A DNA stretch of 55,923 nucleotides, the filler included, from Sphacelaria rigidula (taxonomy: Eukaryota): NCBI GenBank assembly GCA_964200075.2. It is 6 parts of 6 records of this genome, joined end to end, with 100 filler letters (N's around TTAATTAATTAA, not from the genome) between each part and the next. Parts side by side here need not be neighbours in the genome. Positions count along the whole stretch, not along the records: positions 9,339 to 18,576 come from CAXNAA020008958.1; positions 18,677 to 27,914 come from CAXNAA020008959.1; 4 more parts are not named here. The stretch is one strand, 5' to 3'. The notes below the pieces were generated by a model that was given only the letters and a program-made list of their open reading frames with translations, made no database searches and was not told where the DNA came from. A program made the translations under genes and the position numbers. Positions 11,895 to 24,649 of this stretch are shown here, one piece after another (the stretch's first letter is position 1; each line of letters starts with the position of its first letter).

Positions 11895-13535
11895 TACAGA
11901 TCTGCAGATTGGTGTAATTGGTATGTAGAATATATGGCCATAATATCCGTGGTTGCGCCTCCAGGCGCGAGTTGCATGCCGCAGGCACGACCCGCGAGGG
12001 CGTACAGTAGTCCGAGTCAAAACACCCCCCCGCGGCTAGTGAGGGGAGCCTCGCTGGAAGCGCCACTGGAGGCAAGAAAAAAGCGTGACTTGGATTCGTT
12101 TTACTTCAAAATGAGGCTCAGAATGCTCGAGAAACTGTCATGCAGCAGCCACGCCTCGCGTTTTCAGTAACGAGAATAAAACACGAAAAACAAATAGCGA
12201 TGAAAAGAACTAGACGAGGACGTGGCGATAAAGACAGGCTGACACGGCACACAAAAACACTATAGTGACGCCTTGGCAAAGGTCGAGTGTCCGGCCGGAC
12301 CAATGGTTTTATGCGCTTGTTCCCCTTTGTTTAATACAGTACATTACTTCATCAGGCGGTGAGAGAAAAAACATACGACCTGAAATCCTGCTGAAATGCA
12401 TCACGTAACGTCTCAATGTGGCTTCTTTCAGGCGACCTGTCGGTCAAAGCACCCTCGTGTCAGGATGAAAGGTAGATGCGAGAACGGTGAAACGAATCAG
12501 GTCCAGATCATTGCCTCACAAGGAAGGGGTTTGAGGAAGTCACAGCATGACTTGTACGAGCAGCTCGTGGTCCACAAATGTGATTGCTGCATCGATAATT
12601 TTGTGTATCGGTACCGATATACACCGATACATCGGACCGATACGATATATCATACCTTATGGGAAATTGGGATCGCATATCGGCTGTTTGTCGTTCCCGG
12701 TTAAATATGCAATTTATAGTGTGTAAGCGGTGCGCAGTACAGCACAGCACGTCACAATACTGCACTACGTTGTGAACGATGTCTGTGGCTCTATCAAAAT
12801 TAGTGCATGACGACTCTGATAACTCACGGTCCGACGACATAGAGACGGCAGAGTCGGTGGCTCTTCCACCTCGAAGTAGCCAACTACAGAAGGGTTGCAT
12901 TTTTTACTGCCTTGTTGGATAAATATGGAGAGCACAACGTTTTGAGGTCTTCACTGGTGTCTTGAACCGCGTGGCGAGGCCATGTGTGACCCGTTTTCGT
13001 GCGCCTGCAGAGGTAGTCGACATTCACTACACGGTATACTTCGGGTCGTATGTATTTTTATCTCATCGCCTGATGAAGTAATGTAGTGTACTAAACAAAG
13101 CGGAACGATTACCCCGAATCGCGCATGAAGTCAATGGTCCAGTCGGACACTCAACCTTTCCCAAGGCGTCACTATAGTGTTTCGTGTGCTGTGTCAGCGT
13201 GTCTTCATCGCCATTTTGTGGTTGAGTTCATTCATTGCTAAATGTTTTTCGTGTATTACTTTCGTTTCTGACAATGTTTGCCGCGATTGCTTCACGACTG
13301 TTTCTCGAGCATTCTGAGCCTAATTTCGGAGGGAAATGAATCCATGTCACGTTTTTTTGTTGCCTCGGGCGGCGCTTCCAGGGAGACCCCCTCACCAGCT
13401 GAGGGAGGTGTTTTGACGCGGGCTACGCCCTCGCGGGTCGTGCCTGCGGCACGCGACTGGCGTCTGAAGGCGCAACCATCGGTATTCTCGCGATACACTC
13501 CACATACCAGCTGCACCGATATGCGGATTCATATC
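11895..13535. mobile_element. Long inverted repeat pair (~490-bp arms, ~650-bp spacer) in intron 1 of the ankyrin gene
   Basis: 11895-12385 is the diverged reverse complement of 13038-13535, e.g. gccgcaggcacgacccgcgagggcgta / tacgccctcgcgggtcgtgcctgcggc and aggctcagaatgctcgagaaac / gtttctcgagcattctgagcct. Confidence 0.85.
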
Positions 13536-14189
13536 ATGTTTGAGCTAACGAAAGAGAACAACGTAGTATTCCTGGCAAAAGTACCCACAGAAACGAGAGC
13601 AATACCACTACTGTAACACAAATAAATGTTGAAAATCCACTTACCTTTCGCTGTAACAAATACGTTTTTTCTTTCTCCTCCTTCGCTACTGGGATCTGAT
13701 GGAGCGCCACCTTCGACGGTTTCTACCGTCACCGGGAGATCCACGACTTCCACACAAGTGTGGAGATGTTACCGATACATTGCTCCGTAATAGTGTAGAG
13801 CACCTGCAGCGCTCCTCTACGTTTCCCCATGTGGGTCACAAATCCAGTGCGCAATCAAGCAGCGAAGGGGGTATTTTGTAATTGGCACATACTTTCTGTA
13901 AAATTTATACAACGGAGTTCGAACATGTCCGAAAAATAAGAATAAAACGTGTGTATGAGTGCAAACATGCAACTCATTTGTACTAGTACACTTGCATACA
14001 TGCACACTTCGCCCACATCAAAATTGGCGGTAGCGGATTTATTACTTGGACCTACTTCTTCGTGACTACGGTCTCTAAAAAGTTGAACATGGCGGAGAAA
14101 TATCCACCGGAACCTCGCGTAGCCCTCCGAGAGTTCTTGGGTACATCGAATGGCTTGTAACAAGCACTACCATAAGCTGGCATTTTCTC

Positions 14190-14276
14190 TCGCCCCGTCC
14201 CATCTTTGAAGGGATGCGAGGTCAATCGTCTTATGACTACGGCATGCAAGAAAATGAGTACACCCTCCCCCCCCCA
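14190..14276 (+). repeat. Repeat family A, truncated copy retaining the C-run end
   Basis: ccgtccc..agggatgcgaggtcaatcgtcttatgactacggcatgcaagaaaatgagtacaccctccccccc; internal to the contig. Confidence 0.85.
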
Positions 14277-14376
14277 CTTATTCTCCCGACCGTGGAATGG
14301 CTCTTGGAATGGTCTCACGCGTGATGCGTAACCGATGCCTACTTCCTTCAATTTCCCCTAACCGAAACCCGCACAG

Positions 14377-14452
14377 GGCTCTGGCCGCTGTCGACGAGAC
14401 CAGGCGCAAGCGTATGAAACGCCAAGAAGAAGAGGGCGTAGATATCCATCAG
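14377..14452 (+). CDS. Coiled-coil/ankyrin-repeat protein, exon 2
   Basis: ctaac branch-like site, CACAG| acceptor, (R)ALAAVDETRRKRMKRQEEEGVDIHQ, CAG|GTACAG donor; phases match both neighbours. Confidence 0.8.
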
Positions 14453-15389
14453 GTACAGTGTAGCAACATTCTTCTGGTTTGCTCATCTAATGCTATGCAG
14501 TATTGAGTGACTTGATAAGGTTGATGCCGAGCACACGCACTGCCCGGCGCTCTTTCCCCACCCTCTAGCGTAACGATACGTAGCTTCTAGGAACGATTTC
14601 TTACCATGGGCAACGCAGCGGAAATATGAAATTCATGAGGATGGTCTTTGTACTCGCTGTTGGGTTTGGTGAATTCAACAAGCTATGAATATACGTTACA
14701 GTGCATTATAGGGAATACTGGAAACGGATTCACTGCTTGCTTATTGTGGAATCTGTCCACGGCTGCTCAGCACACACCATGTTCACGGCTGACATATGGT
14801 CTTCCGCTACGAATCCCGCCGTTGTCACAAGTTACACGAAGCTGAGGACCTAAGGTGAAAGAGCGGAAACACTCGCTATACACCATGAAACACAAATTCA
14901 ATTTTTCATAAAATATTGCTTGATAACCTATTCCACAATATATCCTGTAAAGCACTACTGCACTGAATCTGTCCTTCAGAATCGTCGAATGCGATATTTT
15001 TTGTTTTACTCCGAAGCACCGTGTTGGTCAAGCCCGTACATCAATACGACATTGGGTGGATTTTATGGGTTTTACTACTGAAGCTTGGGCTTTGTTCTGG
15101 CTTCCGTCCGAAAACGCGGGTAAATTGATCCGATTTATGTCGACGAGTTGCGGGGTTACTGACCCACTTGCCGAAGAAGAAGTACAGAGCAACTTCATTG
15201 AGGAGGAATACCTGTCCCCAGAAGGGGGGGGGATACAACTACAAGAAAAAAAATCCCCCGCGCATATCAATCACAGAAGAATTGGAAACTGACAATAAAC
15301 AAAACATACTAGATGAGTCATGTCTGACAGTAGAGGGACAATACTTACAGTCCGCTAGGTAACCGTATTTATGTCCGCTATATCCGCTG

Positions 15390-15637
15390 ACTAATGCCGA
15401 GATAGCCCCCCCACAAAACGTGCACGGTAGACCGTTCGACAAACCGGCTGCGATCCCACTATTGGACTCATTTGCAGCAATGCCGCCCACATGACAGGTT
15501 TGTAGCAGTCCGAAATCAGCTATAACGCTCAAATAAGTCGCGTCGTGGAACACGAAACCAGCTCTAACGGCATTTATGATCATCGCCTCCGTGCACATTT
15601 TTGGCCGGTTTGGCGGGGGGGCTATCTCGGCAGCAGT
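15390..15637. mobile_element. MITE with ~28-bp TIRs
   Basis: actaatgccgagatagcccccccacaaa / tttggcgggggggctatctcggcagcagt; the gatagccccccc core is shared with the 37070 and 49576 elements. Confidence 0.7.
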
Positions 15638-15639
15638 CC

Positions 15640-15720
15640 GCTACAGTAGTGTACGTTGTGTACGCTACAGTATGTAGGCTACGGTATGTAGGCTACGGTA
15701 CGTACGCTACAGTATGTGCG
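15640..15720. repeat. 14-bp tandem repeat (ctacrgtatgtagg-like)
   Basis: ctacagtatgtagg ctacggtatgtagg ctacggtacgtacg ctacagtatgtgcg. Confidence 0.8.
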
Positions 15721-16079
15721 AAGTACGAAGGATCAGGATGTAATTGATTTCACCTTGTCTTTCTTATTCTTCGAAGTAGAAATAGCAAACTTTACCACAA
15801 CATTCCATGTAAATCGTTCGCGTTCCAAGAGTCCCGCGTCACACGAGTATGCCTACTCAAAATATTTCACGAGCAGCGCTATCACTCTCCCGGCAATATA
15901 GATGTCGAGCAAAGATGAGTTCTGCTCGGCCTACTACTCCTCTGCCAGAGGATGGTGGTCTGCTGTTCCCACGAGTGGTCGCGCATCTTTTTCGGGACTC
16001 GCTGCGTCGATTATCTGGTTGGATATGCTGACCCACATAAACATCATCTCTGTGCGGATTAAACGCCCCCATGCATTAG

Positions 16080-16484
16080 GACGGTGAAAAACTCCGTCGT
16101 CGCCAAGCTAAGCGTGAGCAGCTGATGAAGAAGCGGAAGGATATGGAAGAGCGCCTCGAAGAGGAGGCAAGTAAGATGGCACAGCTCACCGAGAGTGCCA
16201 AGAAAAAGGGCGAGAGCAAGTTCATGAGTGAAGAGGCCAAACGGGACGCTGAGGAGCGGATTCGCGCTGATGCCGAAGCTGTGGCTCAGCTAGAACATCA
16301 GGCCGCGCAATTGGCTACAGAGAGAGCGAGCATGCAAAGGCAACTCGCTGCTCGTGAACACGAAAAAGTAGCCGAAATTGAAGCCAGTTCGGCCGCGCTG
16401 AAGGCGAAGCGCGCTGTGGTGGAGGCTCGCATGCGACAGGAAGAAGAGGAGCTCAAGACCCTCAGTGAAAGTGCGAAGCGTGAG
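16080..16484 (+). CDS. Coiled-coil/ankyrin-repeat protein, exon 3
   Basis: TTAG| DGEKLRRRQAKREQLMKKRKDMEERLEEE...SAKRE |GTGGGC; phase 0/0. Confidence 0.85.
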
Positions 16485-16719
16485 GTGGGCGTATTTTGGA
16501 TCATAGACTGGTGTTCTTTGCACACCATTGAGTAGGAGCCAAGCTCGAACGAAGTAAGCGTGACTTGGATCGCAAACTGGTATCATGTGCACCACGTAGT
16601 TGAGTAAATCATGCTTGTGCTGTGTTGAATTGTTGTGGCTTTGATCTGGTGCTTCCCACCCACGGCACCGTCTTTAATAAATTTGGTGTCTACCTTTGCG
16701 TACTTTAATCTTGGTGTAG

Positions 16720-17904
16720 GTCGAGTCCAAAATGATCACCGAAGCATCTGCCATCGCCGAAATGGAGCGACAAGCAGAGCAACTGTCAATCAAACGTGCT
16801 GAGCTCGAAGCCCAGGTATCGAACACAGCACAAGTAGAGCACACGCTCGCGCAGGAGTCTAAAAAATTGACGGGTAAGAGGGAAGCAATGGAAGCGAAGA
16901 TGCGGCAGGAGGAGGAAGAACTACAGAAGCTCGCCGATGAGGCACGGCGTCGAGTCAAGGAAAAGATGGCGGCCGAAGCAGCAGCTATTGCAGATATGGA
17001 GCGGCAGGCAAACGAGCTGGCTAGGGAGCGAGAAGTTCTTGCTTCACAAATAGTTGCGCAACGCGCTGAGGTCGTGCCCATGGGGGAACCATCGCAGGAA
17101 ACACCAGCTTGTGCAATCGAGGAAGATGCTACTCGAACGGCGACGTTAAACGAAAATCTGGCAGATGACGGCCGAGAGAAGAACACCCACGTTGAAAACA
17201 GCACCTTGCCTTTACATATTGAGACAGCCGAAGAATATGCCCAAAAACGCTACCCCCATGGTATTCTCAGCACCCTCATTAATGTTCAGGGGGAAACGTC
17301 GGAGGCATTGGCGGTCGACGATCGCGTTCTGAGGTTTACCCCAAACGCTACGACAGGATTCGAGGCTTCGCCTTACAACTCACAACCCACCTTAGGTGTT
17401 GCGCTCAGCGACCCTGTTGCTGCGGAAGGGAAGAATCGCTCCGAAGGAGAGCAAGAGCCTTTTCCTGACCAAAACCCCGCATTGAACGTGTGTATACGCT
17501 GTCGGGCAGAGCAGCGCACTATGTCTTCTGCGCACTTGGCTGCTGCTGCAGGGCACGTGACCTGCCTGGAGGAAATTCAATCAACATTCCCCGCCTTTCT
17601 CACCAGGCTAGACTCTGCTGGGCGAAGTCCACTTTTCTACGCTGGCGCTAACGCGCACGCGGAGGCTGTCGACATGTTGATACGAGAGTGTCCGCAATGC
17701 TGTCACCTGACCGATGTACACGGTGACACCCCGATGCATGCTGCTGCTCTCGCTGGGTCGGCACTATCTTGCCGGCTGCTACTGCAGCAGGGACGCGTCG
17801 AGGTGGAGCCATACAACTCCATGCAGTTGACTCCGGCCCATCTTGCTGCCAACAACGACGTGCTGGAAGTGCTGTCGCAGCATGGTGCTAATTTAAACGC
17901 TAAG
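16720..17904 (+). CDS. Coiled-coil/ankyrin-repeat protein, exon 4 (ankyrin repeats; gene continues beyond this exon)
   Basis: GTAG| acceptor. Ankyrin motifs SSAHLAAAAGHVTCL, GRSPLFYAGANAH, GDTPMHAAALAG, LTPAHLAANNDVLEVLSQHGANLNAK. Donor AAG|GTGAGC. Confidence 0.9.
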
Positions 17905-18576
17905 GTGAGCCTAAGCATATTATGATGACATACAAGATCTGCGTCAACCACATCTGTGTTCACTACGCGATATTTTGACGCGTTACCGTGATGGAGCACC
18001 ATCTGGCGGCCAGGTACCGCTGAAGAACATCCTCCCAGACGCCATTCTCCAAGAACTTCTTTCTACATTGCGTTCCTTTGTCAACCAAATCCAGGACCCT
18101 GTTTCGGTACGGTGAGTACCGTGCCGTCCAGCAGTGATGTACAGGCACGCTACGACCCTCTCGACTACGCCGTACATGCACCCAGTTGAACGATGCCCTC
18201 GGCAGCGTGGTATGTTCACCTCTCACAGTACAGTGTAGTACTGAATCCCCCGCTCAGGGCACGGTGCATGCAAGAGATGGCATCTCTGTACGGTACCGTC
18301 AACACTCCCGGTAATCATGCGTTAATATTTCTTTGGCCAATCAGATTACTCATTTTACCACACAGCCTTGCTGGAAGCATGATCTACCATTTCCCGCAAC
18401 TTTTGAGCACTTTTTTCTCTCATTTTCTGGGCGGAAGTGCTGAGCTTGACACTATTCTGATAGGGGTCATTTGTCGAGACTGAATCTCCATCGGAATCGT
18501 TTTCAGTAATGCTTTCATGGTTAGGACAAATCATCACGACTCAAAATCACCAAATTCACGGGTTCTTTGGCCTGAT

Positions 18577-18676
18577 NNNNNNNNNNNNNNNNNNNNNNNN
18601 NNNNNNNNNNNNNNNNNNNNTTAATTAATTAANNNNNNNNNNNNNNNNNNNNNNNNNNNNNNNNNNNNNNNNNNNN
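18577..18676. other. Artificial contig spacer
   Basis: Same 100-bp N/TTAATTAATTAA/N structure. Confidence 0.97.
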
Positions 18677-18736
18677 AGGGATGCGAGGTCAATGGTCTGA
18701 TGACTATGGCATGCATGATCATGAGTACACCCCCCC
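18677..18736 (+). repeat. Repeat family A, C-run end (cut by contig start)
   Basis: agggatgcgaggtcaatggtctgatgactatggcatgcatgatcatgagtacaccccccc. Confidence 0.9.
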
Positions 18737-19887
18737 TTGCCTTGTCAGCAATCTAGTTACTACTGATTGTAGGAGGTGCAGGCGCTCGCTTTCTCCCGTC
18801 TCTGTACCGCGAGGAAAAGCTTTCACGAGGATATATCTTGCTGTACTGACCCTTTTTGTTGTTGGAGAGAGTCACTTGACACGAGTCGGCATTCGCCCCC
18901 TGCGTATCAGACTGCCACCGTTTATCGTGAGGGTTTTAGAGAGTAGCAGCCGTTGTGAGAAATGCCGCGTTTTATCTACGGAAATCTGACGTACGCAAGA
19001 TATAACACAGATTGCCAAGAGGGTCTTCCCTGCAAACGTACGATAGCCTACATGTACGAAAGGTATATAAAAATAGGGGCAAGGGGGAAAGGGAAATATG
19101 GCTGTGGTGTGTGTATATGGGAATAGCGTTCGCAAGGTCGCTCATTGCTTCTCTATCGTCACACGAGCCTTCCATCATCCTGTACAAAACTCTACTACTC
19201 TTCGTTCACATCCCCCACCTATCATCTAGGTAACTACACTCTGAGGGGTGAACGCTTGTCCGGGTTAGGGTCAGCTATACTCGTCAGCTTCACTAAGTAG
19301 TGCTTCTGTGCTGTTGGTAGTAGTCCTGAATTATCCCAGGTGCCCTTCCGTGGCTTTCTCAAGTGTAGCGTCTTCCTTCCTCTCGCTCTACAGCTCTCAC
19401 ACAGTCCATGTCTTCACTTCTCAGCCCGCATTATTCCTGAATCACTTGCTTGGCTCCTTACCGCATGCATGCACTTCCGGTTCGTGCCTTTATTTTCCTC
19501 CCGCGTGTGGGGGTTTAGCGCACTCACCGGACGTCAGCGATTGCCCATCACGCCGCTTCGTTGAGTTCACACTTTATACCCGTTTGCGGTCTGTGCCCTT
19601 CCCAGTTTCACAGATATCCGCTGCTTGGCGCGTTCCCTCAGGGTATACATAGTTCAGTAAATATAATACATATGGCACCCGGTGCATCATGCTGGATGAA
19701 GCCGCTGCCTGTGGCATATTTACGAACGAAAACGCCAAAGAGGGGCCCGTGGATCGCCAAACACTACCCTGACCACACCTATTGTGTGTCACTGGTCCAT
19801 CGAGTTTGAAGCAGTGAGAGTACGTTGCTAAACCCATATGGGAATGGGTCCAGGTGCCAGAATGGCGAAAATTGCGAGGTAGTGTTC

Positions 19888-20061
19888 TGTAGGGTATGCC
19901 CGAAAGTGGGGGGCTGATATACCACGCCGAAATGCTCCGGTATGATTCGGCGTATCGAGTCTTGTTCCGAACACTCCGGTATAGTCCGGGAGAGTATTTA
20001 CCAATGAAATACCTGTTTTGCACTTGTGCAAAGACCTGAACTTCAGCCGGTACACCCTACA
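19888..20061. mobile_element. Small MITE-like element
   Basis: Ends tgtagggtatgccc / gccggtacaccctaca, with internal ccggta subrepeats. Confidence 0.5.
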
Positions 20062-21663
20062 GAACACATCGTTGAGAATTTGCGCAATAGCATACTTGGA
20101 ATAAGGCCATATTTGAATAAATGGGGCCTCAGCCGGAGCCGTGTAACGGTGGCATATGGGTAAGTATGCCAGTGTTGAACGTCGTGCCGAACATGCACTG
20201 CGTTGGTGGTGCTTTCTTTATTGGCTCTCCTAGTATAGGTTTTGTGGGCGACCCTGGCAACAGTCAGAACGCTGATCACATCATGACTCCGCGAGGATTC
20301 GCCAACTGCTCATAGGCGGGGTGGGTACGGTTCGTTTTTGCTCTTTGGTATCTGCACAGGAATGGGTAATTCGTACTCCGAGTATTTGATTGCAGCAAGG
20401 CGACCTAGAGTTTTGGTCGTATATATTGGAACAAACTAGCAATAACTCTAACCCCAGCTCCAACCCCTACCCAAGGCCTACGAGACCCTCGGAAAAGGGG
20501 GGTACATACGTTCCCCTAGGCACAGTGTGCGTTGGCAGACCTGAAATTGACGCCGCAGGCGCCGATTTCGACAAGAACACGTTCTGGACGAGCTGGGTCC
20601 ACTGCTCACCTGCCCCAAACCATAAATTTTCTCATATCTTCCTCAAGTCTAGAAACAAGTAGTCATGTTGTCAACCATGGATATACGATACAGATTCTAG
20701 GTCTACTGCTTGCAGCAGCGGTGCAAAACTTGTGCTGGCCCCACCCGGTCCGCACACGCCAGCGCGAGCTTCGTCAAACATGATACTTTCGTCTACGTGC
20801 GCTTACCACGTCTTCGCTGGTGGTCAGTATGTTCTTCGTTGACCACGCTGATCGGCTTTTACCCTTTTTTTGTGTCTGGCTCGCATGAAGCATTTTCTTG
20901 CCTGGTGTACGCCGCTGGCTCTTGCCCCCACATCTATGTGTCGATTTCTCGTGCAATCGCGAGCACCGGAACACGAGTCGAATTAGTCTGACGGTAGTGA
21001 CGTATGCCACTGCCAGAACGCCCCGGCCGAGATCGCATGTTCGTTCTTTTGTCTTGAAGCACGTTGCTTCGGTCGTGTTCACTTGTCGCTTTCTTGGTTT
21101 CTCAGTGGTCGAGTGCCACCCGCCCTATCAACTTTTTTTTTTCTCGTGTTAAACACTAGACCAATGTTTTCATCTGCCGAGCTGTTTCAAGCAGATATCG
21201 AGGTACTCACCTTCGAAGTTGAAAATCTTCGATACTCTGGTGCACTCACTCTGAAAGAGTTCTGCGAATTTTCCCTTTCGACCGAACGGATATGGGCATA
21301 TACTCAACCAGCTTCGAATAATGAAGAAAAAAAAAAGCGGAATGCATTCGCGTGACAGCATGTTGGCTCGCAACCACAGAGGAGCATCATGCAATCTACA
21401 TTACAAAGTGCTCGCGTCGCGTCGGATGTACTGCAACGTCGCTGAAGTCTCGAACGTGGTCACACTCGAAGACATCTTGTCGAAGTTGTACCCCTGTGGA
21501 GCCAGGGAAAACAGAACGGCAATTGCCACAAGACATCCAACCGATTGTTAGGACGTGGAAGGTTCGCCCTGCAGGCGGCCCTTTACGCCTGTCCTTTGCA
21601 GTCAACTGTGCCAAGTCTCCTCCGCTCACTCATCTCATCACACATCGGCTGCTATTTTTTCAG

Positions 21664-21757
21664 GGATGACGGTTTCCTCGAGAAAAAGGGTGGATCTTCC
21701 TTGCCTATGGGAGTAATAGGGGCGAAGATCTTGCGCGATAATCGATGGGATTTACAG
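21664..21757 (+). CDS. Internal exon of the contig-3 gene (uncharacterised)
   Basis: Polypyrimidine TTTTTTCAG| (R)DDGFLEKKGGSSLPMGVIGAKILRDNRWDLQ |GTGTGA; only one open frame. Confidence 0.55.
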
Positions 21758-21895
21758 GTGTGAACGGCGTGGCGTTTGAGGTCGGCTGTGGGCGGTGCGC
21801 CGTGTTCCACACGTATACCGCCCAACGTCTGGTCGTTTTTCATCTTGAGAGAAAATGTAGAACTTGACTTCAAAAAGCCCTCCATGAAGCAGTCG

Positions 21896-22222
21896 TTTAT
21901 TTTTATTCTATTTTGTTTATTTATTCATTTGTCGCACTTTAAACCCCTCCCCTTCCTCGGGATGAGTCCGTGGTCTCAAGGGATCAACCCATCTCTCCCC
22001 CAGTACACGCCTTACATTTTGGTCTCGCGGATTGGGTCAGCACTCCCGCACCGCGTCAACTCACGTCAAACAAGCTCAGTCGCCTACATTGTTTACTCAC
22101 GTTCGCATGCTTTCCATAGTGGAAGTCAGACATTACGAACAAAAACCCAACGCATCGGGGATCGAACCCTCGGTCTCTCCACCCTAATGGCAGACAGTCG
22201 GACCATTGCACCACCGGGACGC
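21896..22222 (-). mobile_element. tRNA-Gly-headed SINE-like element, copy 1
   Basis: Reverse complement of 24650-24975: A box, GCC anticodon-like loop, B box GGTTCGATCCCC, shared body and A-rich tail. Confidence 0.8.
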
Positions 22223-22580
22223 GACCAAACAGTTCAAGAACGTGCAGCTGGAGTACGGCCGACGTGTTCCGGAGCATAATCGACCCGCTCCAGTCTCTTC
22301 CCTTAGGGTCCCAGCGTGCTTATGACACGCTGTGCCCATGCCGTTCGTGCGGCTGTGCAACGGGTTGTTTCTCGTTTTCAGGAAAAGCATACATGGAATA
22401 GGCTACTTATTACGAGGCAAGACTATTTGTATCGATCTCGAGCATGTTCCGACGGCTGTGAGCCGTGTGTGTTCGTTGTCAAACCTGAGCCGCATCGCAA
22501 CTCCCGCCTCCTGCTGCTCTGCACCTCCATCTCGTCGTGTTTTTTTACTTGTCTCTCGTTGCTCGATGTCGTCCGTTCAG

Positions 22581-22670
22581 CTGTGGGATTTCGCTCAAAA
22601 ATTGGTGTCATCGAGGAGCACGACCGTAGACAGCTATCTCTGCGGTTCATCCAGAGCATCGAAAGCTCAG
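22581..22670 (+). CDS. Probable internal exon of the contig-3 gene
   Basis: TTCAG| 90 nt |GTGGGT; two frames are open (LWDFAQKL.. or VGFRSKIGVIEEHDRR..), so the frame is unresolved. Confidence 0.45.
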
Positions 22671-24030
22671 GTGGGTCATTTTGCAGTAGTCCGCAAAGAA
22701 TTTACACTGCACCCACGCGATTTCTCCACGTGTGATATTTTTAAGGATGGGGTGCTGACATGCCCGCATATACCCACCAGTATCTAGTTTCGCCCTGCTG
22801 CCTTTTTCCCCCTTTCGTTTCGTGCTTAGGTTTTGAGAGGCTGCCAGGTATGGCCTCACGACGCTGAGCCCCGCTGCGACGTGATCCTCCTTGATATTTC
22901 TTGGCACTGTCACTTCTATGCAAAACGAAACACCACCCCCTACTGCCTGCTGATGATGTGTCACTTTGCCTCTCGGTTTGTGTAATGCTTTGCATGTACA
23001 TGATGTTGAAACCGGCAGCGGTTGCCGGGGAACGGGCGACGAGCGGTGGTCTACAACTCACCGGACTACCACGTGACCGGTGTGGCGATGTTCTCGTGCG
23101 TTCTCATGTCTTTGGGCTTCGACGTTACAGCCGTGATGAAGGTAACAGCATGCATCTGTGCACGTAATGCATTCAGGATATTGAGATTGGTGTTTACAGC
23201 AGCGAAATGATTCGACGTGACGATGAACCCTGGGTGTAGACTCGAAGCGGATGCTCCCTGCGTAAATCAATAGAGTCCAAGCATCCGTTACGTCTATCAA
23301 GTCCTGGGCCAACCCCGCACCCTGCACTAAATGCTTCCCTTCACCCTGTCCGCTTTTTTGCAACGGTAGCTGACACGCCCAAATGATTTCAGAACAGTGA
23401 AAGCTGCTTGAACAACCCGCTCCCTGCCCCTGCCCCCCCCCCCCTGTGACCCAGCCGGGCCTTCCAATACGCTTCTCCGTTTCATCTCATCGTACTGGTC
23501 CGGTTTGACTCCCCCCGAAACGCTCACAAAATTATCTTTTCATACAGGAACCTGGAAAAAGCTACGAACAATTGCTGCCCTGCCCTCATCGGGTCGTTTC
23601 TCTGTTCAACGCCACTATTCCCGGAGATCCGCACGCGACCCTCAACCCCGCAGTTTCTGCACAACTGGGGCTGCCACCGATGGCGGCACTGTCGGAGGCA
23701 CAAGGGGGAGAAGGAAAACATGGTGTCTTTGGGAAGGGAGACGGCGTTCGGAGAGGGCTCGCCACGTCGTTGGATGTGCAAGGGACGATAAGGGGGGGCA
23801 GTGCAGGAGGTGGTGGGGGAGGTGGAGATTCGTTCGACCTGTCGGTTTTGTGTACCTTGGTGGTTGATGTGAACCACCTCTTCAAGGACACTTACCCCGT
23901 CGATAAGCGGCTTGTGGACGCTTTGCTGTGGAACGTTGAGGTAAAATATTCTCAAGTGATGATCGTGGTGCCGGTTCGCTGGAGAATACGGTGGTGGTAG
24001 TGGTGACGGGAGCAACGGGTACACATTTTC

Positions 24031-24597
24031 AAGGGTCGAACAAATAATGAGTCGTCTGGAAATTACTTGGTTTTAGTATAATTGGATTCAAATCGTACGA
24101 GTCAATCCCTACGCTTTGTTTTCAGCGTTGCAACCCAGGTANNNNNNNNNNGGCCCAGCGGTCAACGTTTTTCTCCCTTTTGGGCAATCGGGTCGAAGAA
24201 ATCGTGGATTTGGTGATTTTTGGGTCGTGATGATTCGTCCTAACCGTGCACATTTTGTCCCCAAACATTTTTGTTCGTTCAGGTTCATGGCATTCAATCA
24301 TACAGATGTGTTGACTCCAACCTTCCACGTTCCCGAAGAATCATCGCCGGTTCGAATAACCAAATCCACTTTTTCTCAGGCCTGATTGATCAAAAGAGGG
24401 AAGAAAGTCGACCTCTGGTCAAACAGGTCTCCACGTAACGTTTGCGTCATTCCGCGTGCGTGGGCTGCGCGTGCGTGGGCTGCGCGTGCCTGGGTTGCAA
24501 CGCTGAAAACGAAGCGAAAGGATTGATTCGTACCGTACGAATTAATACACTAAAATCAAATAATTTCAGGACGAATCAATATTTCGTCCGACCCTTA
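24031..24597. mobile_element. MITE with ~110-bp TIRs
   Basis: aagggtcgaacaaata..ttttcagcgttgcaacccagg / cctgggttgcaacgctgaaaac..tatttcgtccgaccctt. An internal segment recurs inverted at ~18520-18575. Confidence 0.8.
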
Positions 24598-24649
24598 CAA
24601 CCTTCTGTTCCCTCTCACTCGCCGATATTGTATTCTGCACGACATTGCC

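Noticed and set aside
13065..13110. Hammerhead-like CTGATGA-AGTA..TACT-AAAC (also inverted at 12325-12358)
   Set aside because: Both copies lack the essential G of GAAA, and no convincing stems I and III are present.
23210..24024. Possible reverse-transcriptase remnant (HHDHHLRIF..)
   Set aside because: No catalytic motif is recognisable; too weak to call without a profile search.
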